In this document: one piece after another, positions 1-7,418 of the stretch
Position numbering within the stretch: position 1 is the first letter of the stretch
Layout: each line of letters starts with the position of its first letter
NCBI GenBank assembly: GCA_964647565.1
Contig: CAZYIM010000050.1
Span: 1-14,663, forward strand
DNA length: 14,663 bases
Direction: 5' to 3'
Source: an uncultured Methanosarcinales archaeon
GTDB taxonomy: Archaea; Nanobdellota; Nanobdellia; Woesearchaeales; CAZYIM01
Made by a program: the position numbers and the translations under genes
The notes under the pieces: model-generated
Databases searched by the model: none
What the model was told of the DNA's origin: nothing
What the model saw: only the letters and a program-made list of their open reading frames with translations

Positions 1-1
1 T

Positions 2-340
2 ATCGAAGGTCCAATTTCAAAATATTACAAAGATAACTTGGTTTTGGAGACGAGTATATTCTCGACAAAATTCTATAACAATAAACCTTCAACAGCTAAA
101 AAAATAATTCGTTCAATTGACAAAGCAATAGTTTATATTAATGAAAATCCATCTCTTGCAAAAAGATATTACTCCGAGTTTACTCCTGTAGATGACTCAT
201 TAGAACAAAAACTTCCAATATGCAAATATTATCCTTCATACGAAATGGATGCAAAAGCATTTCAAAAAGATGCGGACATGTTTGCAAAGACAGGTTTAAT
301 TGAAAAAGAGATAGATGTATCAACTATGTTGATTAGTTGA
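2..340 (+). CDS. ABC transporter substrate-binding protein, NitT/TauT (SsuA/NMT1-like) family, C-terminal part (5'-truncated by the window edge)
   Basis: Frame is open from base 2 (IEGPISKYYKDNLVLETSIF...), so the TTG at 38 is internal. C-terminal pattern 'IIRSIDKAIVYINENP...FQKDADMFAKTGLIEKEIDV' is typical of SsuA/TauA-like binding proteins. Lies directly upstream of the ATPase and permease. Confidence 0.75.
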   Translation: MEGPISKYYKDNLVLETSIFSTKFYNNKPSTAKKIIRSIDKAIVYINENPSLAKRYYSEFTPVDDSLEQKLPICKYYPSYEMDAKAFQKDADMFAKTGLIEKEIDVSTMLIS

Positions 341-352
341 GAAGAGGGTATA

Positions 353-1075
353 ATGACTATACTCTCTGTTTCTAATTTGAGCAAAAGTTACTTAGATAAT
401 CACGTAATAGACAGCTTAGACTTTACAATAAAAAAAGGAGAGTTTGTGTCAATACTTGGCCCAAATGGCTGCGGTAAATCAACACTTCTGTATATTTTAT
501 CTGGTCTAGACACTTGTTTCAAAGGGTCAGTGAGTTATCAGGGAAAAAATGTTAAAAAAGGATTTATTTTTCAGAATGTTAATGATTCTGTTCTTCCCTG
601 GGAAGACCTAATAAGTAATGTTAGACTCGATAATAAAAAAATCCAAAGCAAAAAGATAAAAGAAGTTTTACAAGATTCAAAATTATGGTCATTTAGGAAA
701 AAATACCCTTATCAATTATCTGGAGGGATGAAACAATCTTTAGCAATTGCACGAGCATTTGTCCAAGATTGTAATATCTTGTTTCTTGACGAGCCATTTT
801 CTTCACTAGATTATTATATGGCCATATCCGCCAGAAAAAATCTATTGAAGCTGTGGCAGAAAAATCGACCAACTGTTTTATTCGTCTCGCATGATATTGA
901 TGAGACCATAATGATGTCTGATAGAATAATCCTGCTCTCTGAAAGGCCTGCGAAAATAAAAGAGATAATAAACATAAAGCTGATAAGACCAAGGAATCAG
1001 TCGTTAATAACATCCAAAGATTTCAACGAATACAAGAATCAGATCCTGCGCCATATAAAAGATGAAAGTAAATAA
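353..1075 (+). CDS. ABC transporter ATP-binding protein, NitT/TauT (SsuB/TauB-like) family
   Basis: Walker A GPNGCGKS, Q-loop FIFQ, signature YPYQLSGGMKQ, Walker B/D-loop LFLDEPFSSLD, H-loop VSHDIDE, and TauB-like tail 'LSERPAKIKEII..LIRPR'. Confidence 0.95.
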   Translation: MTILSVSNLSKSYLDNHVIDSLDFTIKKGEFVSILGPNGCGKSTLLYILSGLDTCFKGSVSYQGKNVKKGFIFQNVNDSVLPWEDLISNVRLDNKKIQSKKIKEVLQDSKLWSFRKKYPYQLSGGMKQSLAIARAFVQDCNILFLDEPFSSLDYYMAISARKNLLKLWQKNRPTVLFVSHDIDETIMMSDRIILLSERPAKIKEIINIKLIRPRNQSLITSKDFNEYKNQILRHIKDESK

Positions 1076-1838
1076 AATCATATCATACATCATTGTACCC
1101 GTAGGCTTGTTTTTAATAGCTTTGGCTACATATCATCTCGAAATATTCAACAAATTAATGTTCCCAAATCCAATAAAGATCATAGACTGTTTATTCCTGC
1201 TGCTCTCAGATAATGAAACTTATTCAAACATTCTGTTAACATTGAGTAGAGTAATAAATGGAATCATAATCAGTGTTGTTATCGGAGTTCCGTTAGGCAT
1301 ATTAATAGGTTATTTCAATTATATCTATGATATGTTTGAATTTATAATTGATTTTTTTAGATCTATTCCTGTAACTGCTCTATTTCCTTTGTTCCTATTG
1401 TTCTTAGGAGTAGGAAATTTATCAAAGATAATATTAAGCGCTTGGATAGCAACGCTGGTTATAATAGTTAACACTTCTTACGGAGTGAGACACGCAAATA
1501 AAGCCCATATTAAGATGGCAAAGGTTTACAATACTTCAAAGAAATTTATATTCACAAACGTTATTTTTCTAGGGACCTTGCCTAACATATTTTCGGGATT
1601 AAGAATCGGAGTATCCCTTGTTCTTATAGTGATAATTGTATCTGAAATGTTTATTGGATCTGTAAATGGTCTGGGCTATGCAATTTTAGATGCACAACTT
1701 GCCTATCGAATACCTGAAATGTATGCTATGATAATATTAACGGGAATACTCGGTTATTTGTTAAACAGGTTATTGCTTTTTGTAGAAAACAGAACAGTTC
1801 ATTGGACAGAAGACACACTCAGTTTTCAAGCTAAATGA
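1062..1838 (+). CDS. ABC transporter permease, NitT/TauT (SsuC/TauC-like) family
   Basis: Multiple hydrophobic helices; 'TLSRV..G....GVPLGILIG', 'FRSIPVTALFPL', 'LPNIFSGLRIG', 'IVSEM....GLGY'. Overlaps the ATPase gene by 14 nt. Confidence 0.93.
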   Translation: MKVNKIISYIIVPVGLFLIALATYHLEIFNKLMFPNPIKIIDCLFLLLSDNETYSNILLTLSRVINGIIISVVIGVPLGILIGYFNYIYDMFEFIIDFFRSIPVTALFPLFLLFLGVGNLSKIILSAWIATLVIIVNTSYGVRHANKAHIKMAKVYNTSKKFIFTNVIFLGTLPNIFSGLRIGVSLVLIVIIVSEMFIGSVNGLGYAILDAQLAYRIPEMYAMIILTGILGYLLNRLLLFVENRTVHWTEDTLSFQAK

Positions 1839-1848
1839 ACTATTACAG

Positions 1849-1855
1849 TTTTTTT
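1849..1855 (+). terminator. Oligo-T run, possible archaeal terminator of the ABC operon
   Basis: T7 run starting 11 nt after the permease stop codon. Confidence 0.35.
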
Positions 1856-1886
1856 AACTCAAACCAAGTTGGGGAGAAATCCCTAG

Positions 1887-2009
1887 AAAAAAGATAAACT
1901 AGCAGTAGTATGGTCAGAACCCATCGTCGCCACGCTAATACGAAGCAAAGAGGTATCTAAATCATATAGACAGTTCTTTGAAGTACTTTGGGCAAATTCA
2001 AAAGCATAG
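1887..2009 (+). pseudogene. Start-less 3' remnant of a probable TrmB-like transcriptional regulator gene
   Basis: Manual translation: KKDKLAVVWSEPIVATLIRSKEVSKSYRQFFEVLWANSKA* (TAG 2007-2009). An in-frame TAG at 1884-1886 precedes it and there is no start codon. From recall, it resembles the 'DKvaiiiW.e.p.a.lI.skeia.sy..yFe.lW..ak' C-terminus of TrmB-family regulators in DPANN archaea. Confidence 0.6.
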
Positions 2010-2013
2010 TTAA

Positions 2014-2029
2014 CGAAACTGTTTTAAAA
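2014..2029 (+). promoter_or_regulatory. BRE/TATA promoter of the methyltransferase gene (leaderless)
   Basis: CGAAACTG followed by TTTTAAAA (2022-2029), 20 nt before ATG 2050. Confidence 0.5.
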
Positions 2030-2049
2030 AAACCATACTCAACAACATC

Positions 2050-2646
2050 ATGCCACACTATTACTCAGAGGATCAAAAATCTGCTTTGAGACTGGATAAG
2101 ATCACCATCAAGCTAAAAACAATCACTTTCGAGGTCTATTCTGCATCAGGAGTCTTCTCAAAAAGAAAGTTAGACCGCGGGACTGATGTTTTCCTTCACA
2201 ACCTGATCATAAAAGACGGTTGGAGAGTTCTGGACATTGGCTGCGGAAATGGCATAGTAGGAATAGCATTAAAGAAACTCAATCCTAAGATTGGAGTTGT
2301 GATGTCGGATATCAACAAAAGAGCTGTTATGCTTGCCAAAAAGAATGTCAAGATGCACCAGCTTGACAACCAAGTTGTCAGATCAGATCTTTTTGAAAAA
2401 ATAGCAGGAAAGTTCGATACCATACTAAGTAATCCTCCACAGCATGCAGGTAAGGATGTGTGCTTCGCAATAATCCAACAAGCACTAAAATTTCTAAAGA
2501 AAGGGGGTCTGCTACAAATTGTGGCCAGACACAACAAAGGCGGCAAAACACTCGAAGAAGAGATGCAACGAGTGTTTGGAAATGTAAAAGAGATTGCAAA
2601 AAAATCAGGTTTTAGGGTATATTTATCTAAGAAAGAAAACGTTTAA
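2050..2646 (+). CDS. Class I SAM-dependent methyltransferase, RsmC/MTS (methyltransferase small domain) family
   Basis: N-terminal HYYS, 'SGVFSKRKLDRGT', motif I VLDIGCGNG, 'MSDINKRAV', motif IV SNPPQH. Confidence 0.9.
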   Translation: MPHYYSEDQKSALRLDKITIKLKTITFEVYSASGVFSKRKLDRGTDVFLHNLIIKDGWRVLDIGCGNGIVGIALKKLNPKIGVVMSDINKRAVMLAKKNVKMHQLDNQVVRSDLFEKIAGKFDTILSNPPQHAGKDVCFAIIQQALKFLKKGGLLQIVARHNKGGKTLEEEMQRVFGNVKEIAKKSGFRVYLSKKENV

Positions 2647-2671
2647 ATAAATATCATATTTCCATATTAAC

Positions 2672-3385
2672 ATGTTTTCAGGTGGCAGAAATCTTAACCG
2701 AGATAGTATAAAAGATAATACCCTTAATTATATGAATAACATTACTTCATACTTTAAAGAGGTGGGTTCTTTTTATAAAAACGAATATTTAATGGGTATG
2801 AGAATTATCACTGATAATTATTCAGATAAGCTGACCAAAAATGTATTAGGTAAAATTGCAAAAATTCAGAAGATACCGCCAAAAACTGAAGATGATTTTG
2901 ATTTAAAATATAGTATACTTAATAAGAGTGCAAGGCCCTTTGAGAATATCCCATATAGATTTAGGCAATCTGTAATTGCCCTTGTCCCAGGTGATGCCAT
3001 AAAATGGGTGGTAGATTATAGAAATAAAACCTACAATCTAAAAGAAAAGTCAAGCGAATATGTATATTCAGGTGTTGCTTTTAGCTATGCTGTAAGTATA
3101 CCAACAAAAATGCTTACAGGTTTAGGTATTATCAAAGCAATTCCATATATCGCCGCAGGTGGAAAAGCAGCAATTTATTTTGCAGCATATTTAGCCTTAA
3201 TTGAAAATCCGTTAAGACTATACTTGCAAAAGAAAGGAATTACAACAGGATTATTATTTCCATATGAAGGAATATATCAAGTCATTAAGATGTCCAGGTT
3301 AAAAAACGGATCAAACAATTCAGAGGATCTGGATGATCTGATGAATTCTATAGTTAATGAACAAAAAGAAAAACAATCCACATAA
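2672..3385 (+). CDS. Hypothetical protein, possibly membrane-associated
   Basis: 237-aa AT-rich ORF filling the gap, with TTTAAATA (2642-2649) 22 nt upstream of the ATG. Hydrophobic Gly/Ala-rich stretches in the C-terminal half. No motif recognised. Confidence 0.7.
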   Translation: MFSGGRNLNRDSIKDNTLNYMNNITSYFKEVGSFYKNEYLMGMRIITDNYSDKLTKNVLGKIAKIQKIPPKTEDDFDLKYSILNKSARPFENIPYRFRQSVIALVPGDAIKWVVDYRNKTYNLKEKSSEYVYSGVAFSYAVSIPTKMLTGLGIIKAIPYIAAGGKAAIYFAAYLALIENPLRLYLQKKGITTGLLFPYEGIYQVIKMSRLKNGSNNSEDLDDLMNSIVNEQKEKQST

Positions 3386-3386
3386 T

Positions 3387-3746
3387 TCAGATCTCTTCAC
3401 AACCACCTTCTTTTGTACAGATAAGTCTAATTCCTAAGCCCATCTGTAAAACAGCAGAGAGAATTGCCATATGTTCTTTACCAGTACCTGATATAAGATT
3501 AAGAGCGATCTGAGTATCCAAAATCTTACCTTCAAGCTGTTTCTTGATCTGTTCCACAATAGACTTTATCTCAGCATCAGGATCTACAATGATAAAATTT
3601 ACCTGATGTCCTTCAACAGAGAATTTCTGAGCGCCAAACTGGTTGGTGACCAAGAAGGTGGCTTCCCACTCTTCAGCTTGCACCAACTCTGCAACCTGGG
3701 CCCAACTCCCTTTCCCAACAGAAAGACAAGCAATTAAAGATGTCAT
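3387..3746 (-). CDS. Small alpha/beta hypothetical protein with a CARF-like Rossmann pattern
   Basis: 119 aa with alternating beta/alpha segments. 'IALNLISGTGKEHMAILSA' resembles the CARF [DN]x[ST]GGx[KR] strand-helix motif. Own TATA box TTTATAAA at 3769-3776, 22 nt upstream of the ATG. The CDS is well supported; the fold call is tentative. Confidence 0.7.
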   Translation of the reverse strand: MTSLIACLSVGKGSWAQVAELVQAEEWEATFLVTNQFGAQKFSVEGHQVNFIIVDPDAEIKSIVEQIKKQLEGKILDTQIALNLISGTGKEHMAILSAVLQMGLGIRLICTKEGGCEEI

Positions 3747-3788
3747 GAAAAATAGAAAAAATCAAGGATTTATAAATTTTTATGAGTA

Positions 3789-4871
3789 TCAATCGGAAAG
3801 ACTTTGGTATTCTCTTAATCTTCCGACGACTTCAATGAGGGGCCAACAATCGAAAAAATTAGTTCCAGTTATCTGGTTGGTTGACGCCTGGTACATGTTG
3901 CTTATCAATTCAAGGAAATTTAGTTCCAGCTTTTCAGGTTTAATTTCACAATATTTTTTCCATTCTAGTTCGCCAAGCTGTTCTGCCTTGTCTTTGGCGG
4001 CATCAACATCTTGTTTCCATGCCGAATCTTTATAGTACTCTCTCAACGGTTGCTTAGATATCATCTGCCCATCGTAAGTCGTCCGTATCTCATCAAGATT
4101 ACCTACAACATCACCCACGCCCAGATCTCCATATCGAATATAAAGTTCTATCTTACCATCCCATTGGATAAAACCCTTTGAAGCCAGATAATCAGAAGTC
4201 ACTTTATTGACGTTTCGAGTGAACTCAAGAATCTCTTCATTTGCAGAAGGTTCTAATCCTGCAATATACATTGCCCTTGCTGGAGAGATCAACCGATCAG
4301 AAGGTTCCCTCTTGGTCCAATACTCATAAACAGGTTCAGGAAGCAGGGTATCAGGTTCTGGAATGGTGTCAAGGCCATACTGATCAAGAAGGTTTTTTAA
4401 CGAACCATCCTGTTTGGATTCTGCTTTTTTTGCCCTGCTAAAAAAGGAACTGCCTTCAGGAAGACCATTTCTATAAACAATCTCAAGGGGCAACATATAA
4501 TTGTCTTTTTGACCCACTCTATATGGTTCATAGTCATTATCAATAGGCAATACCTGAGCACCTCCAACCACCAATTGATCTCCATAAATTTTGTTATCTG
4601 CAAAGTAAGAATAGGGTTTGACTTCCATATCTAATAATAAACCCCTAAAATGTGTACCAATCCCCTCCTTTTCGAGGAGATCCAACATAAATGCCCCGCT
4701 CATGGTCTGTGCATAGCCCTTCAGAGGTATTTTATCAGGCATATGACCCCAATCAAAGACAGAATACCAATCAAATTTTTTAAAAGCCAAATCAGGAACA
4801 AGATCATCAGAAGGTTCCTGATCATTCAAAGAAAATATTGCAGTTGTACTGCCCTCATGGAGTTTTTTCAT
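3789..4871 (-). CDS. purC: Phosphoribosylaminoimidazole-succinocarboxamide (SAICAR) synthase, long archaeal type
   Basis: Motifs YSVFDWGHMPDKIPLKG, GIGTHFRG, PLEIVYRN..PEGSS, TKREPSDR, DGKIE, DVVGNLDEIR, ISKQPLREYY. Start moved from TTG 4883 to ATG 4871 because of the SD GGTGAG at 4875-4880. Confidence 0.88.
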   Translation of the reverse strand: MKKLHEGSTTAIFSLNDQEPSDDLVPDLAFKKFDWYSVFDWGHMPDKIPLKGYAQTMSGAFMLDLLEKEGIGTHFRGLLLDMEVKPYSYFADNKIYGDQLVVGGAQVLPIDNDYEPYRVGQKDNYMLPLEIVYRNGLPEGSSFFSRAKKAESKQDGSLKNLLDQYGLDTIPEPDTLLPEPVYEYWTKREPSDRLISPARAMYIAGLEPSANEEILEFTRNVNKVTSDYLASKGFIQWDGKIELYIRYGDLGVGDVVGNLDEIRTTYDGQMISKQPLREYYKDSAWKQDVDAAKDKAEQLGELEWKKYCEIKPEKLELNFLELISNMYQASTNQITGTNFFDCWPLIEVVGRLREYQSLSD

Positions 4872-4904
4872 TTTCTCACCCAAAGAAATTTGGAAATTAT
4901 CAAT

Positions 4905-4942
4905 TATTTAAAATTTATCCTTAAATTAATAAAATTTAAATA
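4905..4942. promoter_or_regulatory. Divergent TATA boxes for purC (minus) and mgtC (plus)
   Basis: TTTAAATA on minus at 4905-4912, and TTTAAATA on plus at 4935-4942, 21 nt before ATG 4964. Confidence 0.5.
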
Positions 4943-4963
4943 GTCAATATCTTATAGAAAACT

Positions 4964-5431
4964 ATGCACTCATTTATTGACTTCCTTATTAAAATTGTTC
5001 TAGCAATAATATTAAGTGGCTTGATTGGTCTTGACAGGGAAGTGAAGGGAAGACCTGCAGGATTCAGGACATATATGCTTGTTTGTCTTGGAGCAACCAT
5101 TATCGTAACAGCGAGTCAATATGCTTTATCTGGTCCCGATGCAGTTTCAAGAGTTCTATCAGGTGTCATAACAGGTATTGGTTTCTTAGGCGCTGGCACA
5201 ATCATAAGAAGTGTTACAGTACACAAACATGAAACCATCATTAAAGGCTTGACTACAGCCGCAGGAATCTGGGTTGCTGCAGGTTTAGGCATAGTCATAG
5301 CATATGGCCTCTATTTCCATGCTGTAATAACAACTGCAGCCATCATGATGATCTTACAGGCAGGCAAGCAATTTGAAAAAAAATTGATAGTAGCCTCAAA
5401 AAACCTAGAAAAAAAATCAAATAAGAAGTAG
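4964..5431 (+). CDS. MgtC/SapB family membrane protein (N-terminal membrane domain only)
   Basis: Signature motifs 'GLIGLDRE...RPAGFRTYMLVCLGA', 'SRVLSGVITGIGFLGAGTII', 'GLTTAAGIWVAAGLG'. Confidence 0.92.
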   Translation: MHSFIDFLIKIVLAIILSGLIGLDREVKGRPAGFRTYMLVCLGATIIVTASQYALSGPDAVSRVLSGVITGIGFLGAGTIIRSVTVHKHETIIKGLTTAAGIWVAAGLGIVIAYGLYFHAVITTAAIMMILQAGKQFEKKLIVASKNLEKKSNKK

Positions 5432-5434
5432 GAG

Positions 5435-5608
5435 TTATTTCTTCTCCATATAACCGCATTTACCACAGCTTATTCTATCTTTATGATCTGCCATAAAGAC
5501 ATTACACTTAGGACACTTCTTGTTCTTGAGCTCTAATTTATCTCCAGAAACAGTATATACTTTGTGAAGCTGATTATTGGGTTTTTGCTTTTTTGGTTTT
5601 TTAGCCAT
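5435..5608 (-). CDS. rps27ae: 30S ribosomal protein S27ae (eS31); absent from the ORF track
   Basis: Manual translation, 57 aa: [57 protein letters not shown]. Zinc ribbon CPKC...FMAxHxDRxxCGKCGY. ATG abuts the S24e stop (TAAATG). Confidence 0.95.
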   Translation of the reverse strand: MAKKPKKQKPNNQLHKVYTVSGDKLELKNKKCPKCNVFMADHKDRISCGKCGYMEKK

Positions 5609-6094
5609 TTAGTTATCCCCCTCTTTTTTCATGTCAGAAACCTGTTCAGGTTTCTGAGCACCATCAGAAACTGTCGTTTCTGAGACTTCAGTGGCAGCTT
5701 CTTCAACTGGTGCTTCTTCAGCAGGAGCATCAGTTTTTTTAGTATCGTCAGCAGGAGCTTCATCCTCTTTAGGTGTTTCTGCAGGTGCAGGTGTTGGAGC
5801 AGCTTTTTCCTCTTTTTTCTTCTCTTCATGTCTTTTGATGACATAACCTGACTCAATCTTGTTAAGATCAGCTTCTTTTTTATAAAGTACTGCTTCAATA
5901 TTTGCAAACTCGTGACCATATTCCATTTGGATCTTTCGAACTGCTACAAGTTTAGCATCCGCTTTCATCTGTTTTGCGATTTCATCGACAACCGCCTTCC
6001 TAGAAGGGGTTGGTCCAGAAAAGAAAAGCTTGCCAATTATTTCTGTTCTTGAAAATAATGGCTGCTCTGTTTTTGTTACTATCTCAATATTCAT
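5609..6094 (-). CDS. rps24e: 30S ribosomal protein S24e (eS24) with a long acidic C-terminal extension
   Basis: 'QPLFSRTEI...GPTPSRKAV...LVAVRKIQMEYG...AVLY'. Conserved position between spt4 and rps27ae. SD GGTGAT overlaps the spt4 stop. ATG 6094 preferred over TTG 6097. Confidence 0.88.
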   Translation of the reverse strand: MNIEIVTKTEQPLFSRTEIIGKLFFSGPTPSRKAVVDEIAKQMKADAKLVAVRKIQMEYGHEFANIEAVLYKKEADLNKIESGYVIKRHEEKKKEEKAAPTPAPAETPKEDEAPADDTKKTDAPAEEAPVEEAATEVSETTVSDGAQKPEQVSDMKKEGDN

Positions 6095-6100
6095 CAATGA

Positions 6101-6286
6101 TCACCTTACCTTAATAGCGTATTCTCCTTTTTTATCTACATTCATCTTATGAGCTATCATAGAGTCTTCAACATTTAAAAAAGCGATTCTGCCCTGCCAA
6201 TTGGTAGATGCCTGTTGCTTTTTACAAATAGGACAAGTATCTCCCTCAAAGAAGATTTTACAACTTTTACATACTTTCTTTTTCAT
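6101..6286 (-). CDS. spt4: Transcription elongation factor Spt4 (RpoE'')
   Basis: CxxC...CPxC zinc ribbon, 'STNWQG', 'SMIAHKM....GEYAIKVR'. Follows rpoE1. SD AGGTGA upstream. Confidence 0.93.
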   Translation of the reverse strand: MKKKVCKSCKIFFEGDTCPICKKQQASTNWQGRIAFLNVEDSMIAHKMNVDKKGEYAIKVR

Positions 6287-6295
6287 TTAATTCAC

Positions 6296-6853
6296 CTACT
6301 TAGTGGTTGCTTTGCCCTTGGCCAGGTCATCCGCAATCCAATCTTCCCTACCCAGACCAACCTGCCTCATGGTCAGCCCGATTTTAGGATTAGTAATATC
6401 CTTATAAGATACCGCTATAACCCTTGCAATACATTTATCGCCCACTTTCAGGGCTCTATGAGTCTCCTTGCCTTGAAGCGACTTATCCTTGCTGAAAGAT
6501 ACAAAATCATTCATTGCCTGACTAATATGAACCATTCCTTCTATAGGCCCTAGCGAAATAAATGCTCCAAAATCTGCAATATCCTTTATCTTACCAAAAG
6601 CAACTTCCTGAAGCTCCGGTTCGAAAGTTATTAAATTAAAGACAGTCTCATAATAAGCAGCGCCGTCTCCAGGTATGATTATTCCTTCACCCACAGAGTC
6701 AACTGATGAGACATCAATAACTAGGCCGAGTTCCTTGGATATATAACCAGAATATTTGGTTTTTATCTCTTCAACTACAGCCTGCTTTAGATCTTTTCCA
6801 AACATACCAGGAGCAACCCTGATATGACCTTTAACTTTAACCTTGTAAAACAT
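6296..6853 (-). CDS. rpoE1: DNA-directed RNA polymerase subunit E' (Rpo7)
   Basis: 'HIRVAP..FG', 'GEGIIIPGDGAAYY', S1 domain 'FGAFISLGPIEGMVHISQ', 'KIGLTMRQVGLGREDWI'. Confidence 0.96.
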   Translation of the reverse strand: MFYKVKVKGHIRVAPGMFGKDLKQAVVEEIKTKYSGYISKELGLVIDVSSVDSVGEGIIIPGDGAAYYETVFNLITFEPELQEVAFGKIKDIADFGAFISLGPIEGMVHISQAMNDFVSFSKDKSLQGKETHRALKVGDKCIARVIAVSYKDITNPKIGLTMRQVGLGREDWIADDLAKGKATTK

Positions 6854-6854
6854 T

Positions 6855-7244
6855 TTATCCCTCTATTATGAGATATTTCTTTTGTCTTAAAGTGATTATC
6901 TTCACACCTTTTTTTTTAAGACGGGATTTTAACTCTTTATCCTGTGTAGCCACATAAGTATCCTTATTAGCTAATCGGACAATAGAATCATCCACGTTAT
7001 CTGTCGAGTAATTAGCAACCATTTTTAAACCTTTTTGTTTTATAAGCACAACAGCCAACTTAGCAGCCATCTTATCCTTGGTGCTACCAGTATCATTAAT
7101 TTTCTTTAATTCAGGTAATGTGCCCTTTAAAACTTCAAGTTGATATGGAAAATCCATCAATCTGTCTATCTCTGAAAAAATGTCTACACTGAACTGGCCA
7201 GGCACTAGTAAAAAATTAGTGTCAAGGATGACTTTTTTCTTCAT
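6855..7244 (-). CDS. PIN-domain ribonuclease, Fcf1/Utp24-like (DUF188 type)
   Basis: 'VILDTNFL', 'LPELKK', 'VDDSIV', 'VATQDKELK', 'LRQKKYL'. Canonical position upstream of rpoE1. Confidence 0.9.
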   Translation of the reverse strand: MKKKVILDTNFLLVPGQFSVDIFSEIDRLMDFPYQLEVLKGTLPELKKINDTGSTKDKMAAKLAVVLIKQKGLKMVANYSTDNVDDSIVRLANKDTYVATQDKELKSRLKKKGVKIITLRQKKYLIIEG

Positions 7245-7295
7245 AATTTAAAAAGAGCAGGAATGTTTAAAAATCTTTTGAACATCGGCATAAAG

Positions 7296-7418
7296 ACAGC
7301 AACAATGGCACAGAGACCAGGTCTCCTGGCCAGGTTTCGTTCAAGCTACACTTGAATGAACTTTGAACTTCTCTCAAATCTTTCGCTAGAAAATCGTGCT
7401 ACCTGCCATTATTGTTAT
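7296..7418 (-). ncRNA. Candidate structured non-coding RNA (~120 nt), family not recognised
   Basis: Ends pair with each other (7296-7310 with 7404-7418). Internal hairpins at 7315-7331, 7336-7360, 7362-7378 and 7381-7392. More GC-rich than the flanks. Minus-strand TTTATTAA box at 7438-7445, about 22 nt upstream. Confidence 0.4.

Noticed and set aside
6855..7244. VapC toxin of a toxin-antitoxin pair
   Set aside because: No antitoxin gene is adjacent, and the position upstream of rpoE1 is that of the housekeeping Fcf1/Utp24-like PIN protein.
7296..7418. 5S rRNA, tRNA or hammerhead ribozyme assignment for the structured element
   Set aside because: Size and closing helix fit 5S, but the conserved loop C (CCCAUNCCGAAC) is missing. 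There is no canonical cloverleaf. GAAAC and GUC are present but the CUGANGA core is not.
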